Source: an uncultured Alphaproteobacteria bacterium
Lineage (GTDB): Bacteria; Pseudomonadota; Alphaproteobacteria; Rhizobiales; Xanthobacteraceae
Length of the DNA stretch: 64,000 bases
Assembly (NCBI GenBank): GCA_963781725.1
Contig: CAWAGV010000002.1
Coordinates: 2,969,531-3,033,530, forward strand
Direction: 5' to 3'
The position numbers and the translations under genes were made by a program. The notes beneath the pieces are model-generated. The model ran no database searches. It was not told the origin of the DNA and saw nothing but the letters and a program-made list of their open reading frames with translations. Shown here piece by piece: positions 55,783 to 64,000 of this stretch. How positions within the stretch are numbered: the first letter of the stretch is position 1; each line of letters begins with the position of its first letter.

Positions 55783-57366
55783 ATGTCCGATCTCGATGCC
55801 ATCGTCATTGGCGCCGGCCATAACGGGCTGACCTGCGCCGCCTATCTCGGCATGGCGGGCTTGCGGGTGCGCGTTCTCGAGCGCCGCGACATCGTCGGCG
55901 GCGCCTGCGTCACCGAAGAATTCCATCCCGGATTCCGCAACTCGACCGCCGCTTACACCGTCAGCCTGTTGCAGCCGAAGGTCATCGCCGACCTGAAGCT
56001 TCACGACTACGGGCTGCGGATCGTCGAGCGGCGCGTGCAGAATTTCCTGCCGCTGCCCGACGGCCGCTATCTGCTGTCGGGAGAGGGAAGGACCGCCCGC
56101 GAGATCGCGAAGTTCAGCAGCGAGGATGCGGAACGCTATCCGCAGTACCAGGCCGAGATCGGCCGCGTCGCCGATGTGCTACGCGGCCTCATGCTTAGCG
56201 CGCCGCCCAATTTGTCTTGGGGTTTCTCCTGGGGCGCGTTGCGCGACTTCGGAAAATTGGCCGCGCTCGGCGAACGGCTTTGGAAGAACAAAGGTCTCGA
56301 CACGGCACTGCGCCTGGCTCGCCGGTCGGCGGGCGACATCCTCGACGGCTGGTTCGAGTCCGATCCGATCAAGGCGGTGCTCGGCTTTGACGCAGTCGTC
56401 GGCAATCTGGCGAGCCCGTACACGGCCGGCTCCGGTTATGTGCTGCTGCATCACCTGCTCGGCGAAGTGAACGGCAAACAAGGCGCGTGGGGCCATGCCA
56501 TCGGCGGCATGGGTGCGATCACCCAGGCCATGGCACGCGCGGCCGGCGCCCACGGCGTCCGGATCGATACGGGTTCCGCGGTGCGCGAAGTCCTCGTCGA
56601 GGGCGGCCGCGCAGCGGGGATCGTGCTGGACGACGGCACGGCACTGCGGGCCCGTGCGGTCATCGCCAACGTCAACCCGCAGTACTTGTTCCAGAAGCTT
56701 GTGCCGCGCGAAGCCGTTTCGCACGCCGTCACGGCTCGCATGCAATCGTGGAAGGCCGGCTCCGGCACTTTCCGCATGAACGTCGCGCTGTCGAAGCTGC
56801 CGGACTTTGCCGCGCTGCCGGGGCCGGGCGATCACCTGACCGCCGGTATCATCATGGCGCCGAGCCTGTCCTACATGAACCGCGCCTATCGCGACTGCGT
56901 TGCGCACGGCTGGAGCCGGCAGCCGATCGTCGAAATGCTGATTCCCTCGACGCTGGACGACAGTCTTGCCCCGCCCGGCGCCCATGTCGCGAGCCTGTTC
57001 TGCCAGCATGTCACGCCGCGTTTCGCCGATGGCGCATCGTGGGACGATCATCGCGAGGCCGTTGCCGACCTGATGATCGACACGGTCGAGACCTATGCGC
57101 CGGGCTTCAAGGCCAGCATCGTCGCGCGCCAGATCCTGTCGCCGTCCGACCTCGAACGCATCTTCGGCCTGCCGAACGGGGACATCTTCCACGGCGCGAT
57201 GTCGGCCGATCAGCTCTATGCGGCGCGCCCGATGCGGGGCTACGCCGATTACCGGATGCCGGTCCCGGGACTTTACCTGTGCGGCTCCGGTGCGCATCCC
57301 GGCGGCGGCGTGACCGGGGCGCCGGGCCACAACGCGGCCCAGGCGGTGATTGCCGATCTCGTGTGA
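55783..57366 (+). CDS. NAD(P)/FAD-dependent oxidoreductase, phytoene desaturase (CrtI-like) family
   Basis: DAIVIGAGHNGLTCAAYLGMAGLRVRVLERRDIVGGA N-terminus and C-terminal LYLCGSGAHPGGGVTGAPG. Confidence 0.88.
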   Translation: MSDLDAIVIGAGHNGLTCAAYLGMAGLRVRVLERRDIVGGACVTEEFHPGFRNSTAAYTVSLLQPKVIADLKLHDYGLRIVERRVQNFLPLPDGRYLLSGEGRTAREIAKFSSEDAERYPQYQAEIGRVADVLRGLMLSAPPNLSWGFSWGALRDFGKLAALGERLWKNKGLDTALRLARRSAGDILDGWFESDPIKAVLGFDAVVGNLASPYTAGSGYVLLHHLLGEVNGKQGAWGHAIGGMGAITQAMARAAGAHGVRIDTGSAVREVLVEGGRAAGIVLDDGTALRARAVIANVNPQYLFQKLVPREAVSHAVTARMQSWKAGSGTFRMNVALSKLPDFAALPGPGDHLTAGIIMAPSLSYMNRAYRDCVAHGWSRQPIVEMLIPSTLDDSLAPPGAHVASLFCQHVTPRFADGASWDDHREAVADLMIDTVETYAPGFKASIVARQILSPSDLERIFGLPNGDIFHGAMSADQLYAARPMRGYADYRMPVPGLYLCGSGAHPGGGVTGAPGHNAAQAVIADLV

Positions 57367-57479
57367 GTTGCAACGGCGGGTGGGCAGCGAATGTCCAATC
57401 CGCTTCACCGGATGCGTAACCTGTCGATTACTCGACGATTGCTGGTGACATCGTGGAGAATCGCGGTTATCGGCAGACG

Positions 57480-57980
57480 ATGTCTTCACGCCGTTATCGC
57501 ATTGGCCGCGCCTATACCGGGCTCGGCATGTTTGCAACCAAACCGTTTCGCCGCCGCGATTACATCGCGACCTACCGCGGTCCGGTGATCACCAACGAAG
57601 AATCCGATAAGCGCGAGGCCCGCGGCGCGGCCTATATGTTCGCGCTCGGCAAGAAATACACTATCGACGGTTCGCCCCGCTACAACGTGGCGCGTTACAT
57701 CAACCATTCCTGCCGGCCGAACGCCGAACCGGTCGGGCGCAACGGCGGCATCGTCATCGTCGCCTTGCGCAAGATCGAACCCGACGAGGAAATCACCTAC
57801 GACTACGGCAAGGATTACTTCTCGTATTTCCTGGAAGCCGGCGGCTGCCGATGCGCATGGTGCCGCGAGAAGAAGGCCCGCAAGCGGCGCAAGGCGCGGA
57901 TGCTGCGGGCGAAAGCCGCCAAGCGGAAGCAGCGGGCCAGGCCGGCCAGGAAATCGAAGAAAGCCCGAGCAAAAAAGTAG
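57480..57980 (+). CDS. SET domain protein-lysine N-methyltransferase with highly basic C-terminal tail
   Basis: ARYINHSCRPN (NHSC motif), EEITYDYG and post-SET-like CRCAWC. The tail is REKKARKRRKARMLRAKAAKRKQRARPARKSKKARAKK. ATG 57480 preferred (alternative GTG 57453). Confidence 0.85.
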   Translation: MSSRRYRIGRAYTGLGMFATKPFRRRDYIATYRGPVITNEESDKREARGAAYMFALGKKYTIDGSPRYNVARYINHSCRPNAEPVGRNGGIVIVALRKIEPDEEITYDYGKDYFSYFLEAGGCRCAWCREKKARKRRKARMLRAKAAKRKQRARPARKSKKARAKK

Positions 57981-57989
57981 CCTGGCGGC

Positions 57990-58958
57990 TTATTCCGCGT
58001 GCAGGCCTTCGGCCTTGATGATCGGCCACCACTTTTCGATTTCCGCCTTGTAAAGCGCGCCGAGCGCCTGCGGCGTTTGCCGGTCGCGCGGCCAGATATC
58101 CTGTCCCTGCTGGGCGAAGCGCTGCTGCACGTTCGGATCGGCCAATGCGGCGACGGCGGCGGCGTTGACCTTGGCGATGATGTCCGGCGGCGTCGCTTTC
58201 GGCGCCCACAGCGCGTGCCAATAGGCGATGTGAAGGCCTTGCACCCCCAACTCGTCGAGCGTCGGAATGTCCGGCGCGAGATGCCAGCGCTGCTCTGTCA
58301 GCATCGCATAGGGCTTGATGGTGCCGGCGCGAAGCTGCGTCAGCGCGTTGGCCGCCTGGTCGAACATGAAATCGACGCGGCCCGCCATCAGGTCCTGCAT
58401 CGCCGGCGCACCACCGCGATAGGGCACGAAGCCGAACTTCGTACCGGTGACCTGCTGGAAATACATGCCGGAAACCTGCGAGCCACCCGCCGCGCCGACC
58501 GTGGCCGCCTGCGCTTTGTCGGGATTGGCTTTCAGCCAGGCGATCAGTTCGCGAACATCGTTCGCTGGGAAGTCCTTGCGGGCGATGATGAGCTGCGGCG
58601 TGTTGGCGAGCAGCGCCACCGGCGCGAATGAATCAACGATGTCATAGTCGAGCTTATAGGTCGCCGGGTTGACGACCTGCGTGCTCCATTGCCCGATCAG
58701 CAGGGTGTAACCGTCGGGTTCGGCACGCGCGGCGCGGCCGACGCCGACGGTACCGCCGGCGCCGCCGATATTTTCGATCACGATCGGCTGGCCGAGCGCC
58801 GCCTCCAGCGGCCCGGAGAGAATGCGCGCCAGCACATCGGACGGGCCGCCGGGCGGGAAGGGCGCGATCACCGTGACCGGACGCGACGGATAATTCTGCG
58901 CAGCAGCGCTGCCGCCGCCGGCCAGCGCGAGGGCCAGAACGAAAAGAAACCTTTTCAT
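57990..58958 (-). CDS. Bug family TTT substrate-binding protein
   Basis: Signal peptide ...GGSAAAQN, then YPSRPVTVIAPFPPGGPSDV. The start overlaps the HpaB-like stop (ATGA). Confidence 0.9.
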   Translation of the reverse strand: MKRFLFVLALALAGGGSAAAQNYPSRPVTVIAPFPPGGPSDVLARILSGPLEAALGQPIVIENIGGAGGTVGVGRAARAEPDGYTLLIGQWSTQVVNPATYKLDYDIVDSFAPVALLANTPQLIIARKDFPANDVRELIAWLKANPDKAQAATVGAAGGSQVSGMYFQQVTGTKFGFVPYRGGAPAMQDLMAGRVDFMFDQAANALTQLRAGTIKPYAMLTEQRWHLAPDIPTLDELGVQGLHIAYWHALWAPKATPPDIIAKVNAAAVAALADPNVQQRFAQQGQDIWPRDRQTPQALGALYKAEIEKWWPIIKAEGLHAE

Positions 58959-60430
58959 TTTTTGGCTCCGGCGCCGCGCTCACGCGGCAACTGCAACGCG
59001 CGCTCCACGATTTTGATCAGCGCGGTGTGGTCCTGCGAGTGATAGATCGACGCGCCCAACTGGACCGGATCGCCGGCATAGTAGCGTTCGTATTGCAATT
59101 GCCGTTGCCCGAACTGCGTGCCGGTCGCATCCCAGGCGAGCTTCGACAGCCGGATTCGCGCTTCGGCGTCGCGGTCGGCGCCCTTGTAGTAGCGGTGAAT
59201 GTCGGCGGCGATCTCGGAGTGCAGATCGGCCTCGGTCGGGTTGGCGAGGATACCGCCGGCGCCCATGACCTGCGTGAGCCGCACCATGCGTTCATAGAAG
59301 CGCGGGATGTTGTAGCGCAGCGCCTGCAACGGCGGAAACGCCGGGCGCAGCGTGCCGTGATCGCTGTGCTCCGGTTTTTGCTCGGAGAGGACGATGCCGC
59401 CCTCGATCAGCTGCAGGTAGCTCAGGCATTCGCCAAGCTGCTCCTGGACGTGGATGAAGCCGTCGGTCTTGACGCTGCGCGACAGCGCCAGCGCCAGCGC
59501 GGTCATGAATTCGCACTTGGCGAAGCCACGCACCGCGCTCTGATGCCCGGTATGGGTCTGCATCCTGGTGCGCGCGAACATGGTGTTGGCGAGCTGGACA
59601 TTGCCGTAGAGGAAGACCCGGTCCCACGGCACCAGCACATCGTCGAAGATCGCCATCGCGTCCGGTTCTTCGAAGCGCGAGCCGAGCGGATGATCCCATT
59701 CCGATTGATCGCCGACATCGAATGGCTCGCGACAAATGAAACGCAATCCCTTGGTGCCTGCCGGAATGGCAAAGGAGAGAGCGTACTTTTCTTCGTTCGG
59801 CCGCACCGAGAACGGAAGCGGATAAACGATGATCTCGTCGGCGGTCGGCCCTTGCGTCGCCAGCATCTTGGCGCCGCGCACAATCAGGCCGTCCTTGGTC
59901 TCTTCGACGAGGCCCAGATAGGCATACTCGTCGGCCTGTTGCGCGGCGGACTTGCTGCGATCGACCGGCGGATTGACCAGCGTGTGAGTCAGGAAAATAT
60001 CGTTGTCCTGGCAATAGCGGTAATAGCGCTTTACGTTTTCGGCGAATTCCGGCTTGCACTCCGCGAACACGCCGGGCTCGTCCGCCATCGACGCCAGCAC
60101 GCAATTGAGAAAGTCCGGCGAGCGACCCATGGTGCCGAAGCTGGCGTCGGCCCAGGCTTTCATCGCCTTGCGGCGGTGCACCAGGTCGGCGTGGCTGCGC
60201 GGGACAATAAATGTCACGCCCGCCGGCTCGCTGGCGTCGTCCGGCAGATAGGTCATGGTCGAGCGCAATTCCGGATCGCTCTGCATGTCATAGAGCCGCG
60301 CCATGGCCGCGATCGGGCTGCGGAATATCGGGTCCGCCGTCACATCGGTCACTTTTCGCCCGGCAACCCACACTTCGCGCGGGTTGGCTTTTAGCCCCGC
60401 AATGTAACTTTTGCCGTCCCGCGCACCCAT
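58955..60430 (-). CDS. 4-hydroxyphenylacetate 3-hydroxylase (HpaB) family oxygenase component
   Basis: ATG 60430 (MGARDGKSYIAGLKANPREVWVAGRKV). About 490 aa with GRSPDFLN and YERYYAGDP regions as in HpaB-family flavin-dependent oxygenases. Confidence 0.82.
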   Translation of the reverse strand: MGARDGKSYIAGLKANPREVWVAGRKVTDVTADPIFRSPIAAMARLYDMQSDPELRSTMTYLPDDASEPAGVTFIVPRSHADLVHRRKAMKAWADASFGTMGRSPDFLNCVLASMADEPGVFAECKPEFAENVKRYYRYCQDNDIFLTHTLVNPPVDRSKSAAQQADEYAYLGLVEETKDGLIVRGAKMLATQGPTADEIIVYPLPFSVRPNEEKYALSFAIPAGTKGLRFICREPFDVGDQSEWDHPLGSRFEEPDAMAIFDDVLVPWDRVFLYGNVQLANTMFARTRMQTHTGHQSAVRGFAKCEFMTALALALSRSVKTDGFIHVQEQLGECLSYLQLIEGGIVLSEQKPEHSDHGTLRPAFPPLQALRYNIPRFYERMVRLTQVMGAGGILANPTEADLHSEIAADIHRYYKGADRDAEARIRLSKLAWDATGTQFGQRQLQYERYYAGDPVQLGASIYHSQDHTALIKIVERALQLPRERGAGAKK

Positions 60431-60605
60431 CACCGCCCCTTTTTCAAGCTGGCTAACCCCGCTGCTCATTCAACAAGCGGGTTTGCCGCCGATTTTCAAG
60501 GGTGTTCTGCAATTTCCGGTCGAGGAACTCGCGCGCTCTCAAAACGTTATCAAACGTGGCGCGGTGTGGGCGCCAGAACAGGGGCGCTTCCCGGATAAAA
60601 AGACG

Positions 60606-62378
60606 ATGTGCGGTATTTGCGGTGAGTTGACCTTCAATGGCGACACTGCGGGACATTGCATTGCGGCAATGACCGCGCAGATGCGCCCGCGCGGCCCCGA
60701 TGCCGGCGGCGCATTCATGCAGGATCGTGTCGCGTTCGGTCATCGCCGGTTGAGCATCATCGATCTTGCGTCGGCTTCGCAGCAGCCGATGGTCGATCCG
60801 CAACTTGGCCTTGCGATCGTGTTCAACGGTTGCATCTACAATTACCGCGAATTGCGCAGCGAGCTTACGGCGAAGGGCTATACGTTCTTCTCGCAGGGCG
60901 ACACCGAGACCATCCTCAAGGCTTACGCCGAATGGGGGCCGCGCTGCGTCGAACGCTTTTACGGCATGTTTGCCTTCGCGATCTGGGAGCGCAATTCCGG
61001 GCGGGTGGTGCTGGCGCGCGACCGGCTCGGCATCAAGCCGCTTTATTATGTCGAGCAGCCGGGCTCGTTCCGCTTCGCCTCGACGTTGCCTGCGCTGCTG
61101 GCGGCGGGCGGTGTCGATACCTCGATCGATCCGGCGGCGCTGCATCACTACATGAGCCTGCATGCCGTCGTGCCGGCGCCGATGACCATCCTCAAAGGCG
61201 TGCGCAAACTGCCGGCGGCGACGATCTGCACCATCGAGCCTGACGGCAAGCGCAAGGAGGAAACCTACTGGCAGCTTGAAGTCGGGCCGCGCTCGGATGA
61301 CCGAGGCCTCACCGAAGGCGACTGGCGCGACGCCATCCTTGCCGGCTTGAGCAAGGCGGTGGATCGCCGCCGCGTCGCCGACGTGCCGGTCGGCGTGCTG
61401 CTGTCCGGCGGCCTCGACAGCTCCATCCTGGTCGCGCTACTCGCCGAGCTTGGGCAGAAGGATTTGAAAACCTTCTCGGTCGGGTTCGAGACGGTCGGCG
61501 ACGTTAAGGGCGACGAATTTCATTTTTCCGATCTTATCGCCCGCAAATTCGTCACCGAGCATCACCGGCTGAAGGTCGATACGTCGCGCGCCATTCATGC
61601 ATTGCCGGGTACGATCGCGGCGATGTCCGAGCCGATGATGAGCCACGACGCTATCGGCTTCTATCTGCTGTCCCAGGAGGTGTCGAAGCACGTCAAGGTC
61701 GCGCAGAGCGGGCAGGGCGCCGACGAGATCTTCGGCGGCTATCACTGGTATCCGAAGCTGATGCACTCGAACGACCCGACGACAGATTACGCCAATGTGT
61801 ATTTCGACCGCGACCACGATGAGATGCGGACCGTGCTGGCACCCGAGTTGATGGTCAACGGCGATTACAGCCGCGACTTCGTCGAAGATTTCTTCCGCAA
61901 TTGCCGCAGCTCAAGCCCGATCGACAAGACGCTGCAGCTCGATGCGCAGATCATGATGGTCGACGATCCGGTCAAGCGCGTCGACAACATGGCGATGGCC
62001 TGGGGCCTCGAGACCCGGGTGCCGTTCCTCGATCACGAGGTGGTCGAACTTGCCGCCCGCATTCCGGCCGAGTTGAAAGTGCGCGACGGCGGCAAGTACA
62101 TTCTAAAAGAAGCCTCGCGTGGCGTGGTACCCGACGAAGTCATCGACCGGCCGAAAGGCTACTTCCCGGTGCCGGCGCTGAAATACCTGCGCGGGGCGTT
62201 CTACGATTTCGTTCACGACGTGCTGGATGCGCCGGCGGCGCGGCAGCGCGGCGTCTTCAGCCGGCCGTATGTCGACCGGTTGCTGGCCAATCCCGAAGCC
62301 GAGCTGACGCCGAAAGGTCATTCCAAGCTTTGGCAAGTCGCGTTGCTTGAGTGCTGGCTGCAAACCCAGGGCGTTTGA
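60606..62378 (+). CDS. asparagine synthase (glutamine-hydrolysing) family amidotransferase
   Basis: Ntn start MCGICG. The SGGLDSS PP-loop (LLSGGLDSSILVALL) defines the AsnB-type synthetase domain. Confidence 0.9.
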   Translation: MCGICGELTFNGDTAGHCIAAMTAQMRPRGPDAGGAFMQDRVAFGHRRLSIIDLASASQQPMVDPQLGLAIVFNGCIYNYRELRSELTAKGYTFFSQGDTETILKAYAEWGPRCVERFYGMFAFAIWERNSGRVVLARDRLGIKPLYYVEQPGSFRFASTLPALLAAGGVDTSIDPAALHHYMSLHAVVPAPMTILKGVRKLPAATICTIEPDGKRKEETYWQLEVGPRSDDRGLTEGDWRDAILAGLSKAVDRRRVADVPVGVLLSGGLDSSILVALLAELGQKDLKTFSVGFETVGDVKGDEFHFSDLIARKFVTEHHRLKVDTSRAIHALPGTIAAMSEPMMSHDAIGFYLLSQEVSKHVKVAQSGQGADEIFGGYHWYPKLMHSNDPTTDYANVYFDRDHDEMRTVLAPELMVNGDYSRDFVEDFFRNCRSSSPIDKTLQLDAQIMMVDDPVKRVDNMAMAWGLETRVPFLDHEVVELAARIPAELKVRDGGKYILKEASRGVVPDEVIDRPKGYFPVPALKYLRGAFYDFVHDVLDAPAARQRGVFSRPYVDRLLANPEAELTPKGHSKLWQVALLECWLQTQGV

Positions 62379-62411
62379 AGCCTCCGTTTAAAGCATCAAG
62401 GGGATCCGACC

Positions 62412-63608
62412 ATGGAATTCAGATACGATCCTTTCGCGCGGCGCTTTCGCATCCGGACGCTGGTTCCGGCCGGGCAGCCCGAACGCACGTTCACCGTAGA
62501 CGATCAATTCCAGTTCGGCATCGAGGAAGAATACTTTCTGTGCGATGCGCAGACGCTCCAGGTGCCGGCCGAGACGCCGGACGCGCTGTTCAAGCGCGCC
62601 AATTTCGGCGTCACCGGCAGCATCGGGCGCGAATTCCTGCAAGCACAGATCGAGGTCGCAACCGAGCCGCACACCAATGCCGGCGACGCGCGGCGCGAAC
62701 TGCTGCGGCTGCGGCAGAGCGCGGCCGAGGCTGCGGCCGAGCACGGCCTGTCGGTCGCCGCTTGCAGCACGCACCCGATGGCGCATTGGCGCGAGGCAGT
62801 GCAGTCGCCGAAGGACCGCTATGCCAATGTGATGGACGCGCTGCAAATGATCGGCCAGCGCAACATGCTGTGCGGCATGCACGTCCATGTCGAATTCCCC
62901 GATCCGTCGCGGCGCGTCGACGTGATGACGCGGATGCTGCCTTACGTGCCGCTGTTCATCGCGCTGTCGGCATCGTCGCCGTTCTGGCAAGGCCACGCCA
63001 CCGGGCTGAAAGGCTACCGGCTCGCCGCTTACGACGAGCTGCCGCGCACCGGCCTGCCGGAGCTGTTCCACAACAACGCCGAATACGAAGCCTATGTCGA
63101 TGCCATGGTGCTGTCCGGCGCCATGCAGGACGCAAGCCACCTGTGGTGGGCGGTGCGGCCGTCGCTGAAATATCCGACGCTGGAACTGCGCGCGCCGGAT
63201 TGCTGCACCCGGCTCGACGACGGGCTGGCGCTGGCTTCGCTGTACCGCGCGCTGGCGCGTTTCCTGTACGGCCACCCGGAGCACAACGCCGGGATCGACG
63301 TGGTGGACCGCTCGATCGCGGTGGAGAACAAGTGGCGGGCCCAGCGCTACGGCGCGCAGGGCACCTTCGTCACCCGGTCCGGGGCGCTGTCGGTCGGCGA
63401 CATGGTGGCGCACCTGCTCGACCTGGTCGCCGCGGACGCCGAGGCGCTGGGCTGCGCCGGCGAGTTGGACCACTGCCGCAGCATCGTCGCCGAGGGCACC
63501 TCGGCCGACGCCCAGTTACGGATTTTTACAGAAAATGAACACGAAGGTGCCGATATTGCGTTACAAAAGGTGACCCGATGGATTCGCGACGCCACGCTGG
63601 TAGCCTGA
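62412..63608 (+). CDS. carboxylate-amine ligase (GCS2 / YbdK-type glutamate-cysteine ligase family 2)
   Basis: 398 aa; FGIEEEYFL, REFLQAQIEVATEP and GMHVHVEF are hallmark GCS2 motifs. Confidence 0.88.
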   Translation: MEFRYDPFARRFRIRTLVPAGQPERTFTVDDQFQFGIEEEYFLCDAQTLQVPAETPDALFKRANFGVTGSIGREFLQAQIEVATEPHTNAGDARRELLRLRQSAAEAAAEHGLSVAACSTHPMAHWREAVQSPKDRYANVMDALQMIGQRNMLCGMHVHVEFPDPSRRVDVMTRMLPYVPLFIALSASSPFWQGHATGLKGYRLAAYDELPRTGLPELFHNNAEYEAYVDAMVLSGAMQDASHLWWAVRPSLKYPTLELRAPDCCTRLDDGLALASLYRALARFLYGHPEHNAGIDVVDRSIAVENKWRAQRYGAQGTFVTRSGALSVGDMVAHLLDLVAADAEALGCAGELDHCRSIVAEGTSADAQLRIFTENEHEGADIALQKVTRWIRDATLVA

Positions 63609-63641
63609 CCGGCCTGGCGGCATGACTGACAAGGCCTTTTT

Positions 63642-64000
63642 ATGTGCCGCTGGATTGCATATCGCGGGGAATTGACCGCTCTCGAACACTACGTGACCGA
63701 GCCGTCCCACTCGCTGGTTTCCCAAAGCATCCACGCGCTGGAGGCGACCGCCAGCGTTAACGGCGACGGCTTCGGGCTCGGCTGGTACGGCAGCCATCCC
63801 GAGCCGGGGCTGTACCGCGAAATCCGCCCGGCCTGGTCCGACGAGAACCTGCGCTATCTTTGCCGGCACCTGCAATCGCGGCTGTTCTTCGCCCATGTCC
63901 GCGCCGCGACCGGCACCGCGATCACCCGCGCCAACTGCCACCCGTTCGCCTGCGGCACCTGGCTGTTCATGCACAACGGCTTCGTCGGCAACTGGAGCCG
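63642..64000 (+). CDS. class II (Ntn) glutamine amidotransferase, EgtC/YafJ-like; 5' part, runs off right edge
   Basis: ATG 63642, open to the window end. Translation MCRWIAYRGELTALEHYVTEPSHSLVSQS...NGDGFGLGWY...FFAHVRAATG...NCHPF. Not in the ORF track because no stop is reached. Confidence 0.8.
   Translation, partial: MCRWIAYRGELTALEHYVTEPSHSLVSQSIHALEATASVNGDGFGLGWYGSHPEPGLYREIRPAWSDENLRYLCRHLQSRLFFAHVRAATGTAITRANCHPFACGTWLFMHNGFVGNWS

Noticed and set aside
54177-57537. 529-aa (54177-55766) and 452-aa (56179-57537) minus-strand ORFs, plus the 310-aa off-frame plus-strand ORF 56487-57419
   Set aside because: They lie opposite or out of frame to the FAD monooxygenase and CrtI-like genes, which carry clear dinucleotide-binding motifs. 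The shadow translations are dominated by R, A, P, G and D.
59027-60394. 455-aa plus-strand ORF and the 270-aa minus-strand off-frame ORF 59292-60104
   Set aside because: Both are shadows of the HpaB-family gene (58955-60430).
62351-63538. 395-aa plus-strand off-frame ORF and the 361-aa minus-strand ORF 62388-63473
   Set aside because: Both overlap the GCS2 ligase gene, whose frame carries the family motifs FGIEEEYFL and GMHVHVEF. The alternatives are Arg/Ala/Pro-rich.
1-64000. Search of the whole window for defence systems, toxin-antitoxin pairs, reverse transcriptases, transposases, integrases, phage or conjugation genes, and rRNA
   Set aside because: No translation in the six-frame track shows the corresponding hallmark motifs. 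The accessory character of 0.3-43.5 kb therefore rests on composition, the tRNA-end repeat and cargo type, not on mobility genes.

Overview
64-kb window from a high-GC proteobacterial chromosome. The gene content (metW, YciI, many Bug/TctC receptors) suggests an alpha- or beta-proteobacterium, but that is inference only. All family calls come from motifs read in the supplied translations; no database search was run.

Layout:
- Left edge: 3' end of metW (1-153), then a tRNA with anticodon CAT (233-308).
- About 309-43,493: a compositionally distinct block. Hand-counted 60-nt lines give roughly 43-63% GC (mostly about 53-57%) inside, against about 60-75% outside.
- The block is densely packed with catabolic and uptake genes:
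  - 7 orphan Bug/TctC receptors, 1 orphan TRAP DctP receptor and one complete NitT/TauT-type ABC importer;
  - 3 MmgE/PrpD paralogs, 5 SDR-like genes, 2 SMP-30 lactonases and a dienelactone hydrolase;
  - a BKACE enzyme, 2 NtaA/DszA-type LLM monooxygenases plus a flavin reductase, and a VanA-like Rieske oxygenase;
  - an acyl-CoA operon (ACAD, crotonase, family-III CoA-transferase, thiolase-fold protein plus DUF35);
  - GntR and LysR regulators.
- The block ends in a convergent intergenic gap. That gap holds three TTTCCCTGTT direct repeats and a 10-bp exact copy of the tRNA 3' end (43494-43503).
- I read the block as an integrase-less, tRNA-anchored catabolic island.

The most system-like novelty inside it is a three-gene module: an atypical SDR lacking YxxxK, an MmgE/PrpD protein and an SMP-30 lactonase. 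It is present twice in inverted orientation with an identical 11-nt overlap junction. One copy is embedded in a larger divergent lactone/tricarboxylate to acyl-CoA gene set.

The right-hand 20 kb is higher-GC, core-like DNA. It carries MFS transporters, an SDR, a LysR regulator with a textbook T-N11-A box, a Rieske-FAD fusion and YciI. It also carries an FAD monooxygenase, a CrtI-like oxidoreductase, a SET-domain methyltransferase with a very basic tail and HpaB-like plus Bug genes. It ends with an AsnB-like / GCS2 ligase / class-II amidotransferase trio that runs off the right edge.

No rRNA, CRISPR, transposase, integrase, phage or recognisable defence genes were seen. Many long ORFs in the track are antisense or off-frame shadows of real genes.
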